This document shows positions 19,512 to 29,916 of a DNA stretch of 64,000 bases, piece by piece. A program made the translations under genes and the position numbers. Below the pieces are notes generated by a model. It worked only from the letters and a program-made list of their open reading frames with translations, had not been told where the DNA came from and made no database searches. Position 1 is the stretch's first letter. Each line of letters opens with the position of its first letter. Location of the stretch: assembly GCA_965198105.1 (NCBI GenBank), contig OZ240240.1, forward strand, positions 3,187,103 through 3,251,102, read 5' to 3'. This DNA comes from Dehalococcoidia bacterium. Lineage in GTDB: Bacteria > Chloroflexota > Dehalococcoidia > Lucifugimonadales > CBDBON01.

Positions 19512-20165
19512 CTAGGGCTCGCTGGTGTCCCATCCGTCGAGGGTCCAGTATCCCACGCGCGGCACCCGGACGACCGTGTGAAGGCCCTGCGCCCTCTTCA
19601 GCCGCTGGATGTTGTACAGGTGGGTCGTCTCCTCGAAATAGATGTGCCTCATCGTCGCCTCCAGCGTCATGAGGGCCTTGCCGGGCTCCGGCGAGGGGGA
19701 GACGCCGGTCGGATGGGCCTCGATCATCAGGGGCCACTGCGCCCTCCAGTCCATCAGGTAGGTGTTGGACCTGAGGAAGGCGACGCTCCGCTCCCTCAAC
19801 ACGCGCAGGGCGAGGTTTATGCCTCCTTCAAGCTGCCGCAGCACGACGGGCAACTCCCAGTACCGGTCCTCGTCCATGCGGCGGTCGAACCGGGAATCGG
19901 CCAGGCCGGGGACATCCTCCACGCCGTGGTCTCCGCCGGGGAAGAGCGTGTCGCCCCAGCGGAATATCAGCCAGCGGTAGATCAACGAGGACATGTGGCT
20001 CAGCTGGCGGCGGACGCTCCACTCGGCCCACTCCCAGCGGGACGAGTCGAAGTCGAGCTCCTCGTCGGAGAGGCCGGCCACCTCGGAAGCGATCAGGTCG
20101 TAGAGCGACTCGTACTCGGGGAAGATGGCTATCCCCGGAGACGCGCCGGTTACGTGGCGTGTCAT
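19512..20165 (-). CDS. Hypothetical protein (possibly DinB-like four-helix bundle)
   Basis: 217-aa ORF in good coding context. No motif that I can name with certainty. Confidence 0.5.
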   Translation of the reverse strand: MTRHVTGASPGIAIFPEYESLYDLIASEVAGLSDEELDFDSSRWEWAEWSVRRQLSHMSSLIYRWLIFRWGDTLFPGGDHGVEDVPGLADSRFDRRMDEDRYWELPVVLRQLEGGINLALRVLRERSVAFLRSNTYLMDWRAQWPLMIEAHPTGVSPSPEPGKALMTLEATMRHIYFEETTHLYNIQRLKRAQGLHTVVRVPRVGYWTLDGWDTSEP

Positions 20166-20166
20166 T

Positions 20167-20207
20167 TCACCCTCACCCTAGCCCTCTCCCGTCAAGGGAG
20201 AGGGAGG
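20167..20207. repeat. REP family E hairpin
   Basis: tcaccctcaccctagccctctcccgtcaagggagaggg. It supplies the last codons and the stop of the gene at 20173..21174. Confidence 0.75.
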
Positions 20208-21174
20208 GGGCGGTGTCCAGGGCGGCCTTCAGCTGAGGAACCGAGACGTTCCCGCCGCTCATCACGAGGGCGATTTTCTTCCCCTGCAGACGCTCCCTGA
20301 GCTTCAGCGCGCCGGCCAATGAGGCGGCGCCGGCGTGCTCCGTCAGGTTGTGGGTCTTTTCGAGGTGCAGCACTATCGCCTGTTCGAGCTCAGCGTCGGT
20401 CACGAGGACGAAATCGTCCAGCAGATCGCTCAGGATGCCGTTCGTCAGCTCATAGCTGGAGCCTGTCGCGAGGCCCTCGGCAATCGTCCCCATGGGCGAG
20501 TCGACGATCCGACCCTCCTTCCACGACAGGTAGACGGCCTGGGCCTGTGCGGACTGGACGCCGTAGACGCGGATGTCGGGGTTGACCGCCTTGGCGACGA
20601 TGCAGGCCCCGCAAGCGCCGCTGCCGCCGCCGACGGGGGTCACGATGACGTCCACCTCCGGGAGGTCTTCGAGGATCTCCAGTGCGATCGTGCCGACGCC
20701 GGCGATCAGACGGGGCTCGTTGGCGGAGTGGATGAAGCGGTACCCCTCCTCGCGCGCAAGCCGCTCGGCGTAGGCGAGACAGTCGTCGAAGACCTCGCCG
20801 TGGAAGATGACGTTGGCGCCCAGGTTCTGCATCGACTCGACCTTGCCCGGGTTGGCGCCTTCGGGCACGACTATGGCGGCTTCGACCCCGAAGACTCCGG
20901 CGGCGTAGGCGATCGACTGTCCGTGGTTGCCCGTGGACGCCGCGGTTACGCCGCGACGCTTCTCATCATCGGAGAGCTGAGATATGAGGTTGACGCCGCC
21001 GCGCATCTTGAAGGCCCCCAGACGCTGGTGGTTCTCGTGTTTGACGTAGACCTCGGCGTCGAGGAGGCGGTCCAGGGAGAGGTAGCGGTGGAGCGGGGTC
21101 CTCGTAACGTAGGGGGCGATACGGCGGCTCGCGCCGATGACGTCCTGCAATGTGGGTCGCTCGAACATGTCCAT
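20173..21174 (-). CDS. PLP-dependent threonine/serine ammonia-lyase (threonine dehydratase family)
   Basis: PLP-lysine region KHENHQRLGAFKMRGG and the glycine loop GGGSGACGA. Confidence 0.85.
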   Translation of the reverse strand: MDMFERPTLQDVIGASRRIAPYVTRTPLHRYLSLDRLLDAEVYVKHENHQRLGAFKMRGGVNLISQLSDDEKRRGVTAASTGNHGQSIAYAAGVFGVEAAIVVPEGANPGKVESMQNLGANVIFHGEVFDDCLAYAERLAREEGYRFIHSANEPRLIAGVGTIALEILEDLPEVDVIVTPVGGGSGACGACIVAKAVNPDIRVYGVQSAQAQAVYLSWKEGRIVDSPMGTIAEGLATGSSYELTNGILSDLLDDFVLVTDAELEQAIVLHLEKTHNLTEHAGAASLAGALKLRERLQGKKIALVMSGGNVSVPQLKAALDTAPSLSLDGRGLG

Positions 21175-21264
21175 CTCCTGACAGGCTGCGGAAGGCGCCT
21201 TGAAATATCGGCTGGTTGTGTACGGTGGTTTCTTGGAAGGAGAGTGCGAAGGGCGGGGAACGGA

Positions 21265-21657
21265 CTACGCGCCCCCGGTCATATCGACGGTTTCCAGCGC
21301 CATCCAGGTGATGAAGGACTTGCGCGTCATGCCCCGGCGCTTGGCTTCCTGGTCTATGAGATGGGCCACATCCTCGTCCAGCGTGAGACTGAGCCGTCTG
21401 TGACGACCAGACCGACGAATCAACGGCACGGTTGCCAAGACGTTGCCCGGCGGCACCTGGATCGAATCACACGGAGTCGGGTCGGGAAGCACAGCTCCCT
21501 TGCCGGTAATGATCTCCACGAAATCCCTCAACATGTCCGCAGCATTCCGCAAAGCATCGTCCACGGTGTTTCCCATGGCTCCCGCACCCGGCAGATCGGG
21601 GAACACAACGCCGTAGGCTCCAGGCTCCCCGTCTATCAGCACTGGATACCGGACCAT
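21265..21657 (-). CDS. hicB: HicB-family antitoxin with C-terminal RHH domain
   Basis: MVRYPVLIDGEPGAYGVVFPDLPGAGAMGNTVDDAL is the HicB N-domain. The C-terminal LSLTLDEDVAHLIDQEAKRRGMTRKSF is RHH-like. Confidence 0.85.
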   Translation of the reverse strand: MVRYPVLIDGEPGAYGVVFPDLPGAGAMGNTVDDALRNAADMLRDFVEIITGKGAVLPDPTPCDSIQVPPGNVLATVPLIRRSGRHRRLSLTLDEDVAHLIDQEAKRRGMTRKSFITWMALETVDMTGGA

Positions 21658-21666
21658 GGCATTCTC

Positions 21667-21861
21667 CTACCTCGTCCAGCCCGCCTTCTTCGCTACCTCG
21701 TGAGCCATGCCTGAGGACAGTGTTCGGTGTCGGGGAACGGCGATGGCCTCCCCCGGCCGGCCGGGATGTTCGTGGATATCATGGTTGCCGCCGTGCCGTG
21801 CAAGCTGCCAGCCGTCCGCAGGAGTCGCCCGTGTAACCCGCTGGGTGTTTGTCTCCGGCAT
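21667..21861 (-). CDS. hicA: HicA-family mRNA interferase toxin
   Basis: 64 aa with ...GGNHDIHEHPGRPGEAIAVPRHRTLSSGMAHEVAKKAGW. It lies immediately upstream of hicB. Confidence 0.8.
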   Translation of the reverse strand: MPETNTQRVTRATPADGWQLARHGGNHDIHEHPGRPGEAIAVPRHRTLSSGMAHEVAKKAGWTR

Positions 21862-21933
21862 GTGAATATACTATACCATGATGGTCTGGGGGCTCTTTTA
21901 TGCTTGGATAAGCCCCGCCGCCGGAGATGAGCG

Positions 21934-23715
21934 ATGGACTCTGGTCAGCAGGTAGTGAGCAGCGCAAGAGGCGGAGCGATCCGGCTGCTGCCCGCCGACG
22001 TGTCGTCGAAGATTGCGGCGGGCGAGGTGGTGGAGCGGCCCGCGTCGGTCGTGAAGGAGCTGGTCGAGAACTCCCTGGACTCCGGAGCGACCGAGATAAC
22101 GGTGGAGATTGCCGGCGGAGGCGCGGATCGCATCCTCGTGGTCGACAACGGCCGCGGCATCCCGTCCGACGAGATCGAGCTCGCTTTCGAGAGGTTTGCC
22201 ACGAGCAAGGTTGCCGACCAGGGCGATCTGGAGGGAATATCCACGCTCGGATTCCGCGGGGAGGCGCTGCCCAGCATCGCCGCCGTCTCCACGGTCGTGA
22301 TGACGAGCAAGACCTCTGCCGAGGAGTCCGGGGCGCGACTTCGCGTGGTGGAGGGCCGGCCGGCCGGACGGGAGCGGGCCGGAGCTCCGAATGGCACGTC
22401 GGTATCCGTCTCGCACCTCTTCAGGAACTTCCCGGCCCGGCGCAAGTTCCTGCGCTCGGCGGCCACCGAGACGTCGCGGATCCAGGCGCTCATGGTCCGG
22501 TATGCGCTGGCGTACCCGGAAGTAAGGTTCCGGCTCTCCGTCGCCGGGAGCGAGGCGCTGGCGACCATGGGCTCCGGCGATCTGCGCGAGGCGGTGGCCG
22601 CCGTATATGGGCTGGACACGGCCCAAGGGATGCTTGAGATAGTGCGGGAGCCGGACGGTCCCGGACCGGCGCAGGTGGAGATCACGGGCATGGTCGGCTC
22701 GGCCTCTCTACACCGCGCCAACCGGAACCGCGTCAGCCTGTTCGTCAACCGGCGCTGGGTACAGGTCCGATCCTTGGGCTACGCGGTGGAGCAGGCCTAT
22801 CACGGCTTTCTGATGGAGCGGCGGTTCCCGGTCGCGGTGGTCAACGTAAACCTGCCTCCCGAAGAGGTGGACGTGAACGTGCATCCGGCGAAGACGGAGG
22901 TGCGGTTCAGACGGGAGGGCGCGGTGTTCGCGGCGCTCCAACAGGCGGTCCGCCAGACGGTCATGACCGACTCTCCGGTACCCGAGATCGGGCGTCGCGG
23001 AACGGGAAGTCCCGGCCACGAGGCCGCGCCGGACCCAGGCGTCTTCTGGCCGTCCGGGCCGTTTGGGTCGGCGGAGTCCCGGCGCGAGGGCCCAATCCGC
23101 GGCGGCGGGCGGGCGGCGCCCGCGTCGCACCCTCCGAAGGAGGCTCTGCCGACTCTCAGGGTGCTGGGACAGGTCCAGAACACCTATGTCGCCGCCGAGG
23201 GGCCGGACGGCATCTACCTGATCGACCAGCACGCGGCGCACGAGCGGATCGTCTTCGAGCGGGTGCGGTCCGCGCTGGCCTCGGCGCTCCCGGACGTCCA
23301 GAGCCTGCTGGAGCCGGTGACGGTGGAGCTCGACCCGGAGCAGGAGGAGCTCCTGACGACGCAGCAGGAGCTGGTCGGCCGTCTGGGATTCCTGGTGGAG
23401 CCGTTCGGAGGCCGCGCCTATCTGCTGAGAGGGGTGCCGGGGCTCCTGTCCCACCGCGATCCCGGCGGCGCCCTGTCAGACGTCTTGGACTCGATGGCGG
23501 AGGGTGGAGGGATGGAGTCGTGGGAGGACCGGGCGGCCTACTCGATCGCCTGCCACACGGCGATCAGAGCCGGGAAGAGGCTGTCACAGGAGGAGATGAG
23601 CGAGCTTACGCGTCAACTGGAGCGGTGCCGCCAGCCGAACACCTGCCCCCACGGGCGTCCGACGATGGTCCACCTAAGCTCAGGTCAGCTGGAGCGCGAG
23701 TTCGGACGCCGCTGA
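21934..23715 (+). CDS. mutL: DNA mismatch repair protein MutL
   Basis: IRLLPADVSSKIAAGEVVERPASVVKELVENSLDSGA (GHKL ATPase) and the C-terminal dimerisation domain ending CPHGRPT. Confidence 0.95.
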   Translation: MDSGQQVVSSARGGAIRLLPADVSSKIAAGEVVERPASVVKELVENSLDSGATEITVEIAGGGADRILVVDNGRGIPSDEIELAFERFATSKVADQGDLEGISTLGFRGEALPSIAAVSTVVMTSKTSAEESGARLRVVEGRPAGRERAGAPNGTSVSVSHLFRNFPARRKFLRSAATETSRIQALMVRYALAYPEVRFRLSVAGSEALATMGSGDLREAVAAVYGLDTAQGMLEIVREPDGPGPAQVEITGMVGSASLHRANRNRVSLFVNRRWVQVRSLGYAVEQAYHGFLMERRFPVAVVNVNLPPEEVDVNVHPAKTEVRFRREGAVFAALQQAVRQTVMTDSPVPEIGRRGTGSPGHEAAPDPGVFWPSGPFGSAESRREGPIRGGGRAAPASHPPKEALPTLRVLGQVQNTYVAAEGPDGIYLIDQHAAHERIVFERVRSALASALPDVQSLLEPVTVELDPEQEELLTTQQELVGRLGFLVEPFGGRAYLLRGVPGLLSHRDPGGALSDVLDSMAEGGGMESWEDRAAYSIACHTAIRAGKRLSQEEMSELTRQLERCRQPNTCPHGRPTMVHLSSGQLEREFGRR

Positions 23716-23719
23716 GCGG

Positions 23720-24058
23720 CTACCATTTCAGCAGATCGGGCTTCTGGGCCCTCCAGCCCTCGTCCGACGGGAAGACGGTCCTCATCACGATCCGCTGCGG
23801 CTCGCCGTCGAACCAGTCCTGGACGGTCTCCCGCCAGCGCTTGAAGTGCGGCGCCTCTCTGTGCGCGGCGAGGGCCGCGTCGTCGGCGTAGACCTCGTAC
23901 AGGTGAAATCTGTTTGGGTCGGAGGCGTCTTCGAGCACGTCGAAGCGGAAGCATCCGGGCTCATCTCTGACCGAGCCCTGCGCGTCTCCGAGACTGGCCT
24001 CGGCGAACTGCTCCCGGGACCCCGGCTTGATCTGAATAGTCACGAAGATGGCGTGCAT
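23720..24058 (-). CDS. ABM-domain (antibiotic biosynthesis monooxygenase-like) protein
   Basis: 112 aa with the ferredoxin-like pattern FHLYEVYADDAALAAHREAPHFKRW. Confidence 0.75.
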   Translation of the reverse strand: MHAIFVTIQIKPGSREQFAEASLGDAQGSVRDEPGCFRFDVLEDASDPNRFHLYEVYADDAALAAHREAPHFKRWRETVQDWFDGEPQRIVMRTVFPSDEGWRAQKPDLLKW

Positions 24059-24077
24059 TGTTCCTCCTCCGGGAGAC

Positions 24078-25559
24078 CTATCCGCTGGTCGGAGAGTGCT
24101 GCAAAACTCTTTGAGCGATGATGCGGCCCATCTCGATCACGTCGTCGGGAGCGATCCCCTCGTACGGGCCCGCGACGATAAGCTGGGCCGACACCCGTCC
24201 GATCGAGAAGAAGAGCATGACGAAGTCCACCCGGGGGACGAGGGCGTCGAGACTGACCTCGAAGACCACCGCCGTGTCCCCCAGGTCAGGAAGCTCCGGC
24301 CTGTGGACGGTCATGGCGTCGCCGCCCTGCTCCCCGAACGACGGAAGGAAGGTCGCTCCCACGAGCTCTTTGAAGGCGTCGTGAGAGATAGTCTGGAGCA
24401 CCCTTATGGGTCCCTGGGCTTCCTCGACGGTCGGAAACAGGGATACCGTCTGCGAGACATCAGAGACGGTAGAGGCGGCCTCCTTCAGCGGGCCCCGGAG
24501 CGATATCTGTCTCTGGTAGACGGGCAGGCCACCGCCCACGGGAACGAAGCCCTCACCTCCGATGGCTGCATCGTCCGCTAGGTCTTCGGGCCTGAGGAGC
24601 ATGGCCGGCAGATCGTAGCCTTCGACGAGCGCGGCCCTGTCTGCGGCGCGTCCGGCGCTCCCCAGCGCCGGGTCGGAGACGACCGGGGTGGCCGATATCT
24701 CCCCAGCGAACACCCCGTCGATGCGCCGGTCCATCCTCCTGGCGAGCGCCTCCGCGACAGGGCCGAGGTCGCCGAGGCCGACCGTGACGAGCAGCACCCT
24801 CGCGACCACGGGCCCTCTCACCCACATGACGAAGGCGCCGGTCGACTCCACCTCGTATTGAACCAGGAGCTGGTTCATCCTGCCGATCACGCCGCTCTCG
24901 CCGATGTCCGGGAGATCGGCGTGATAGACGTCGGTGATCATCACCCCGTCAATGTCCTGACCCTCGAACCTGACCAGCTCCACCATCGACCGCCCCACGG
25001 AGGCGATCGCCTCCTCGTTCGATTCGTAGAGATCGACGACGGAGAGGACGATGTGCGGCTTGGTGACCATGGGGTCGGTCTCGAAGAAGGCGCGCGGGTT
25101 CGTGAACTCGTGGTCGTAGCCATCGATGCGTCCCTGGGCGGCGAGATTTGCGGCGGTATCCTCCGGGTCCAGCGTGCTCCTGGCGGCGGCCGCGTTGTCG
25201 CGGTACCCGCTTCTTTCGAGATCGAGCTGCAGCTCGGGGAAATTCTCCTGGACGGCTTCGAGCGTCAGCACCATACCAGCCAGATCCTCGCGGGTGACCA
25301 CGGGTTCCGGCTCGACCGCAGGAGTGGCAGTGGGCGGCACCGCGGGAACGGGCGTCGCCGTCGGGCTTGGGAGCGGAGTGGCCGTAGGGCTTCTGACCGG
25401 CACCGGGACGGTCGGGACGGGGGGCTCGCCTCCGCCGCAGGCGGCGACTGGGGACGACAGGAGCAGGAACAGCGCGGCGGCGGCCCACAGGACGCGGCGC
25501 CTCGGTCCGCCGGGGAGGGCGGAGGTGCGGGCGGCAGGCAGTTGCTCTTCTCGTCTCAT
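24078..25559 (-). CDS. Putative lipoprotein with Pro/Thr-rich linker, function unknown
   Basis: Starting from ATG 25559, the signal peptide ends in the lipobox-like VAAC, followed by PTATP repeats. No recognisable catalytic motif. Confidence 0.55.
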   Translation of the reverse strand: MRREEQLPAARTSALPGGPRRRVLWAAAALFLLLSSPVAACGGGEPPVPTVPVPVRSPTATPLPSPTATPVPAVPPTATPAVEPEPVVTREDLAGMVLTLEAVQENFPELQLDLERSGYRDNAAAARSTLDPEDTAANLAAQGRIDGYDHEFTNPRAFFETDPMVTKPHIVLSVVDLYESNEEAIASVGRSMVELVRFEGQDIDGVMITDVYHADLPDIGESGVIGRMNQLLVQYEVESTGAFVMWVRGPVVARVLLVTVGLGDLGPVAEALARRMDRRIDGVFAGEISATPVVSDPALGSAGRAADRAALVEGYDLPAMLLRPEDLADDAAIGGEGFVPVGGGLPVYQRQISLRGPLKEAASTVSDVSQTVSLFPTVEEAQGPIRVLQTISHDAFKELVGATFLPSFGEQGGDAMTVHRPELPDLGDTAVVFEVSLDALVPRVDFVMLFFSIGRVSAQLIVAGPYEGIAPDDVIEMGRIIAQRVLQHSPTSG

Positions 25560-25689
25560 GTTGGTCTGCTCTCTCAAGGGCATTGTACCGCAGACGCCCG
25601 CGCCGCACCCTACCTCCATGACGCAGGTTTTTCTTGACCGCGCTAATGGCCATCCTTATGATTCACTCGGCTCGCATGGGGGACTGAGC

Positions 25690-26202
25690 GTGGAGCTGAA
25701 GGAGTACATCAGAGACATCCCGGACTTTCCGACGCCCGGTATACTGTTCCGTGACATCACGCCGCTACTGAAGGACCCGGCCGCGTTCGCGGAGACGATA
25801 TCCGCCCTGGCCGCCCGGTACAGCCTCCTGGATATCGATGCGGTCGTCGGTATCGACGCACGGGGGTTTCTCCTGGCTGCGCCGGTGGCGCTTCGCATGG
25901 AGAGACCTATCATACCGGTCCGCAAGCAGGGCAAGCTGCCGTACGAGACGCACGGCGTCACGTATCAGCTAGAGTACGGGGAGGACAGCCTGGAGATGCA
26001 CCGGGACGCGATCATGCCCGGCGACCGCGTGCTGATAGTAGACGATCTGCTGGCGACCGGCGGGACGCTGGCGGCGGCGGCCGAGCTGGTGGAGCGGGCC
26101 GGAGGGCTCGTGGCGGGCCTCGCGGTCCTCATCGAACTGACGGCGCTGAACGGGAGGGCCCGGCTGGCAGGCTACGACCTGCACGCTCTCGTCCGCTACT
26201 GA
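25690..26202 (+). CDS. apt: Adenine phosphoribosyltransferase
   Basis: LKEYIRDIPDFPTPGILFRDITPLL and VLIVDDLLATGGT. GTG 25690 follows GGGGGA and gives the usual 170 aa. ATG 25618 is an alternative start. Confidence 0.85.
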   Translation: MELKEYIRDIPDFPTPGILFRDITPLLKDPAAFAETISALAARYSLLDIDAVVGIDARGFLLAAPVALRMERPIIPVRKQGKLPYETHGVTYQLEYGEDSLEMHRDAIMPGDRVLIVDDLLATGGTLAAAAELVERAGGLVAGLAVLIELTALNGRARLAGYDLHALVRY

Positions 26203-26356
26203 GTCCCTTCTTAACTCATGACGGAAAATACGTGATAGGCCTTTCATGTTTCATGATACCGTGCCTGACGACCGTCAGCTCTTCGAAAACAGGTGTGAAT
26301 GCCAGCACAATCTTGACAGAACCGTGAGCCTCTGAAAGCATGGAAAGACGATAGGA

Positions 26357-26848
26357 GTGCGCAGGCCTTCCCGGCCTTCGCGAGGTGGTGCGGTGGTATA
26401 TCGGGTTGCTCCCAGCCATACCGTCCAGTTTCTGGAGAGCGTGGACATCTTCCGTGGGCTCACAGGCCCCGACCTGGAGCGGGTCGCGGCGATCTGTCAG
26501 GAGTGGAATTTCAGAGTCGGGGACTCGCTCGGTGCTCAGAATGAGCCGGGCAGTCTCCTCTACATAGTACGAAGGGGCGAGGTGACAGCCACTCACGAGT
26601 CGTCTGAGAAGAGTGTGGTGGTCAGGACGATGAGGCCGCGCGAGGCCTTTCCCGTCGCGGTGCTCTTCGACCCGCCCGTTCTGGTGACCACGACCCACGC
26701 GGCGACGGACGGGGACGGCTTCGTGATCCCCGGCTCCCAGCTGAGGGAGCTGTTCGACCTCGAGCCCAGGGTTGGGATGCACGTCTACAGGACAGTGTGC
26801 GGCATCCTTGCCGGCAGGTACCGGCGAACGTTGGAGAGGTTCGCCTGA
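26357..26848 (+). CDS. Cyclic-nucleotide-binding domain protein
   Basis: FLESVDIFRGLTGPDLERVA...GDSLGAQNEPGSLLYIVRRGEV is the cNMP-binding fold. The start is uncertain; GTG 26393 after GAGGTGG is plausible. Confidence 0.7.
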   Translation: MRRPSRPSRGGAVVYRVAPSHTVQFLESVDIFRGLTGPDLERVAAICQEWNFRVGDSLGAQNEPGSLLYIVRRGEVTATHESSEKSVVVRTMRPREAFPVAVLFDPPVLVTTTHAATDGDGFVIPGSQLRELFDLEPRVGMHVYRTVCGILAGRYRRTLERFA

Positions 26849-26902
26849 GCCTGGAGAGGACGGCCGCGACCGCCGCTCGTCGACGCGATATGGAGGTGCT
26901 CC

Positions 26903-27640
26903 TTGGCAGTCATAGCAGTAGGCGGTCTCTCGGGAGGAGGCGGCAGGAAGCTGGGCCCCCTGGTGGCAGAGAGGCTCGACGCCGACTATGTTGACAGGCT
27001 GATACTCACAGACGTGGCCCGCCACGCCGGAGCCACCGTCGAGGCTCTCCAGCAGAGGGAGGAGCGGCCCCCAACCAGGGGAGAGCGGTTCTCCCGAATC
27101 CTGCAGCGCGTGCTGGAGCGGTCGGCGGTCACGGGAGCGGGGGGAGACCCCTACTTCGGTCCGGGAGTCGCCGCATACCTGACCCAGGAGTTCGAAGACC
27201 TGCCGCAGCCCACCATCACGAGGGGGCACGAGCTGGAGGACGAGAAGTACTTCGAGGCGGTTAGCAAGACGATTCACGACCTCGCGGAGGTCGGCAACGT
27301 CGTTATCGTCGGCCGGGGCGGCTACATCATTCTCAGGGACATGCCCGGCGTGCTGAGAGTCGGAGCCGTCGCCAGCCTGGAAGACCGGATACAGACGATA
27401 GTGGAACGTGAGCGCGTCAGCCACGATGCGGCCGCGCGCACGGTTGAGGAGCGGGACAAGGCCCGCGTCGGCTTCTTCAAGCGCTTCTTCGACATCGACC
27501 AGCCGGACAGCCCCGAGCTGTACGATCTGGTCGTGAACACCAGCGACGTTGATCTCGATTACGCGGTCGACCTGGTCGTTGGAGCGTCGGTGGCGTTGGC
27601 GGAGGGCAGGCTCCGGCCCGGAGTGACGGCGGGCGGCTAA
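26903..27640 (+). CDS. Cytidylate-kinase-like family protein
   Basis: N-terminal IAVGGLSGGGGRKLGPLVAERL is P-loop-like. The TTG start is preceded by GGAGGTG. Confidence 0.7.
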   Translation: MAVIAVGGLSGGGGRKLGPLVAERLDADYVDRLILTDVARHAGATVEALQQREERPPTRGERFSRILQRVLERSAVTGAGGDPYFGPGVAAYLTQEFEDLPQPTITRGHELEDEKYFEAVSKTIHDLAEVGNVVIVGRGGYIILRDMPGVLRVGAVASLEDRIQTIVERERVSHDAAARTVEERDKARVGFFKRFFDIDQPDSPELYDLVVNTSDVDLDYAVDLVVGASVALAEGRLRPGVTAGG

Positions 27641-27862
27641 GAGGCTGCCTCGGTTCGCGCTTCTCCCGTCGAGACTCACATGTGATGGGAGGGAGCCAGG
27701 GCTGCGGAGGATGGGTTGCGCTCCTTTAGATTATCCACTAGAATATGCCGGCTATTCGGGATGTAGTGTCCGGGAAGGCCCTCGATAGGCCTGACTGGAC
27801 ACGCGCAGCGATCGTCTGGGCATGGGAGTTCGGGCGGCGTATCCGTTTTGAGAGGGAGCCAA

Positions 27863-28864
27863 ATGGCGAATCTACTCGAAATCAATGACCTGGCGACATA
27901 CTTCTTCACACACGACGGAATCGTGAAGGCCGTCGACGGGGTCAGCTACTCGCTCGCAGAGGGCGAGATCATGGGCATCGTCGGCGAGAGCGGCTGCGGC
28001 AAGAGCGTCAGCGCGCTGTCGGTGATGGGCCTCGTCGCAAGCCCTCCCGGCCGGATAGTCAACGGCAGCGTACTCTTCGAGGGGGACAACCTCCTTGAGA
28101 TGGATGCCTCGGAGATGAGGCGCATCCGGGGAAACCGGATGGCGATGGTCTTCCAGGAGCCGATGACCTCCCTCAACCCCGTCCTCACCATTGAGAGGCA
28201 GCTCACGGAGACGCTCGAGCTGCATCAGGGGATGGGGAAGCAGGAGGCGCGGGAGCGCGCCGCCGAGCTGCTCAGGCTCGTCGGCATTCCCGACTCCGAA
28301 CGACGTGTGAAGGACTACCCACACCAGTTCAGCGGCGGGATGCGACAGCGCGTCATGATCGCTATGGCCCTGAGCTGCAACCCGCGGCTCATCATCGCGG
28401 ACGAGCCCACGACCGCCCTCGACGTCACGATCCAGGCCCAGATCCTCGACCTCATGTCCAACCTCGCCCAGGAGTTCGGCACCGCGCTCATCATCATCAC
28501 GCACAACCTTGGCGTCGTAGCCAGGTACGCGAGGAACGTGATCGTCATGTACGCCGGCAAGATCATCGAGTCCGGCAGCGCCGAGGAGATATACCACAAT
28601 CCGAGGCACCCCTACACGCTGGGCCTGCTGGCCTCGGTGCCGAGACTCGACGAGAACGTCCGCACCAAGCTGGACCCGATCGAAGGGCTGCCGCCCGACC
28701 TCGTCGACCTTCCGGTCGGATGCTCCTTCGCCCCGAGATGCAAGTTCGCCTACGACCGGTGCATCCAAGAGACACCGTACCTGATGACCACGAACGACGG
28801 ACACGAATCGGCCTGCTGGAGGCACGGAGAGATCGCCGAGCTGAACGCGGCGGCAGGAGACTAG
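27863..28864 (+). CDS. Oligopeptide/dipeptide ABC transporter ATP-binding protein (OppD/DppD type)
   Basis: Walker A GESGCGKS, signature FSGGMRQR, Walker [13 protein letters not shown], and the C-terminal oligopeptide-type extension (CSFAPRC). Confidence 0.9.
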   Translation: MANLLEINDLATYFFTHDGIVKAVDGVSYSLAEGEIMGIVGESGCGKSVSALSVMGLVASPPGRIVNGSVLFEGDNLLEMDASEMRRIRGNRMAMVFQEPMTSLNPVLTIERQLTETLELHQGMGKQEARERAAELLRLVGIPDSERRVKDYPHQFSGGMRQRVMIAMALSCNPRLIIADEPTTALDVTIQAQILDLMSNLAQEFGTALIIITHNLGVVARYARNVIVMYAGKIIESGSAEEIYHNPRHPYTLGLLASVPRLDENVRTKLDPIEGLPPDLVDLPVGCSFAPRCKFAYDRCIQETPYLMTTNDGHESACWRHGEIAELNAAAGD

Positions 28865-28878
28865 GGAGACAACGAACG

Positions 28879-29916
28879 ATGGTTGAGGCGCAGACTCGAG
28901 AAGAGAGCAACGGCCGCGGCGACGTCCTCGTCGAGGTCAACGACCTCCAGATGTACTTCCCGGTCACCTCGGGGATCATCCTGCAGAGGAAGGTGGCCGA
29001 GATCAAGGCCGTGGACGGCGTCTCGTTCTTCATCAGAAAGGGCGAGACTCTGGGTCTGGTTGGAGAGAGCGGCTGCGGCAAGACGACGACGGGCCGGTGC
29101 ATCCTGCGCCTGTACGAGCCCACCGGCGGGCAGGTCATGTACGAGGGGCGCAATCTCCAGGAGCTCGACTCCGGTGAGATGCGCGCGATGCGCCGCCAGA
29201 TGCAGATCATCTTCCAGGACCCTTACGGCTCCCTGAATCCCAGGATGACGTGCGGGGACATCGTAGGGGAGCCGCTGATCGTCCACAAGCTGACATCGGG
29301 GAAGGGCGAGTACCGTGACCGGGTGACGGAGCTGCTGCAGGTCGTCGGGCTGAACCCGTACATGGCCGACCGGTATCCCCACGAGTTCAGCGGCGGGCAG
29401 AGGCAGCGCATCGGCATCGCGCGGGCGCTTGCGGTCAACCCCGGCTTCATAGTCTGCGACGAGCCGGTGTCGGCGCTCGACGTCTCGATTCAGGCGCAGG
29501 TGATCAATCTGCTCGAGGAGCTGCAGGAGACGTTCGGACTAACCTACCTCTTCATCGCCCACGACCTGTCCGTGGTGAGGCATATCAGCGACCGCGTCGC
29601 GGTGATGTACTTGGGCCACATCGTCGAGATCGCCGACCGGACGGAGCTGTACGAAAACCCGCTGCACCCCTACACGAAGGCGCTCCTATCGGCGATCCCG
29701 ATTCCGGACCCGCTCATCGAGGCCCAGCGCGAGAGGATCATCCTAGAGGGCGACGTGCCGAGCCCACTGAACCCCCCGCCGGGATGCGTGTTCCACACGC
29801 GTTGTCCCATCGCCATCGACGACTGCCAGCTGGAGGTTCCGGGGCTGCGCGAGGTGAGCCCCGACCACTGGGTCGCCTGCATCAGGGTCGACGGATACGC
29901 GGAAGCGCGGTCATAG
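28879..29916 (+). CDS. Oligopeptide/dipeptide ABC transporter ATP-binding protein (OppF/DppF type)
   Basis: Walker [10 protein letters not shown], signature FSGGQRQR, Walker [13 protein letters not shown], and C-terminal [12 protein letters not shown]. Confidence 0.9.
   Translation: MVEAQTREESNGRGDVLVEVNDLQMYFPVTSGIILQRKVAEIKAVDGVSFFIRKGETLGLVGESGCGKTTTGRCILRLYEPTGGQVMYEGRNLQELDSGEMRAMRRQMQIIFQDPYGSLNPRMTCGDIVGEPLIVHKLTSGKGEYRDRVTELLQVVGLNPYMADRYPHEFSGGQRQRIGIARALAVNPGFIVCDEPVSALDVSIQAQVINLLEELQETFGLTYLFIAHDLSVVRHISDRVAVMYLGHIVEIADRTELYENPLHPYTKALLSAIPIPDPLIEAQRERIILEGDVPSPLNPPPGCVFHTRCPIAIDDCQLEVPGLREVSPDHWVACIRVDGYAEARS

Noticed and set aside
21265-21861. HicAB next to mutL as something unusual.
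   Set aside because: It is a standard two-gene hicA-hicB module with intact ORFs. Nothing atypical is visible beyond its chromosomal location.
25126-25689. The 5' extension of the apt ORF (358-aa version starting at 25126).
   Set aside because: It overlaps the divergent lipoprotein gene on the other strand, has low-complexity Ser/Ala/Gly content, and Apt homology begins only near 25690.
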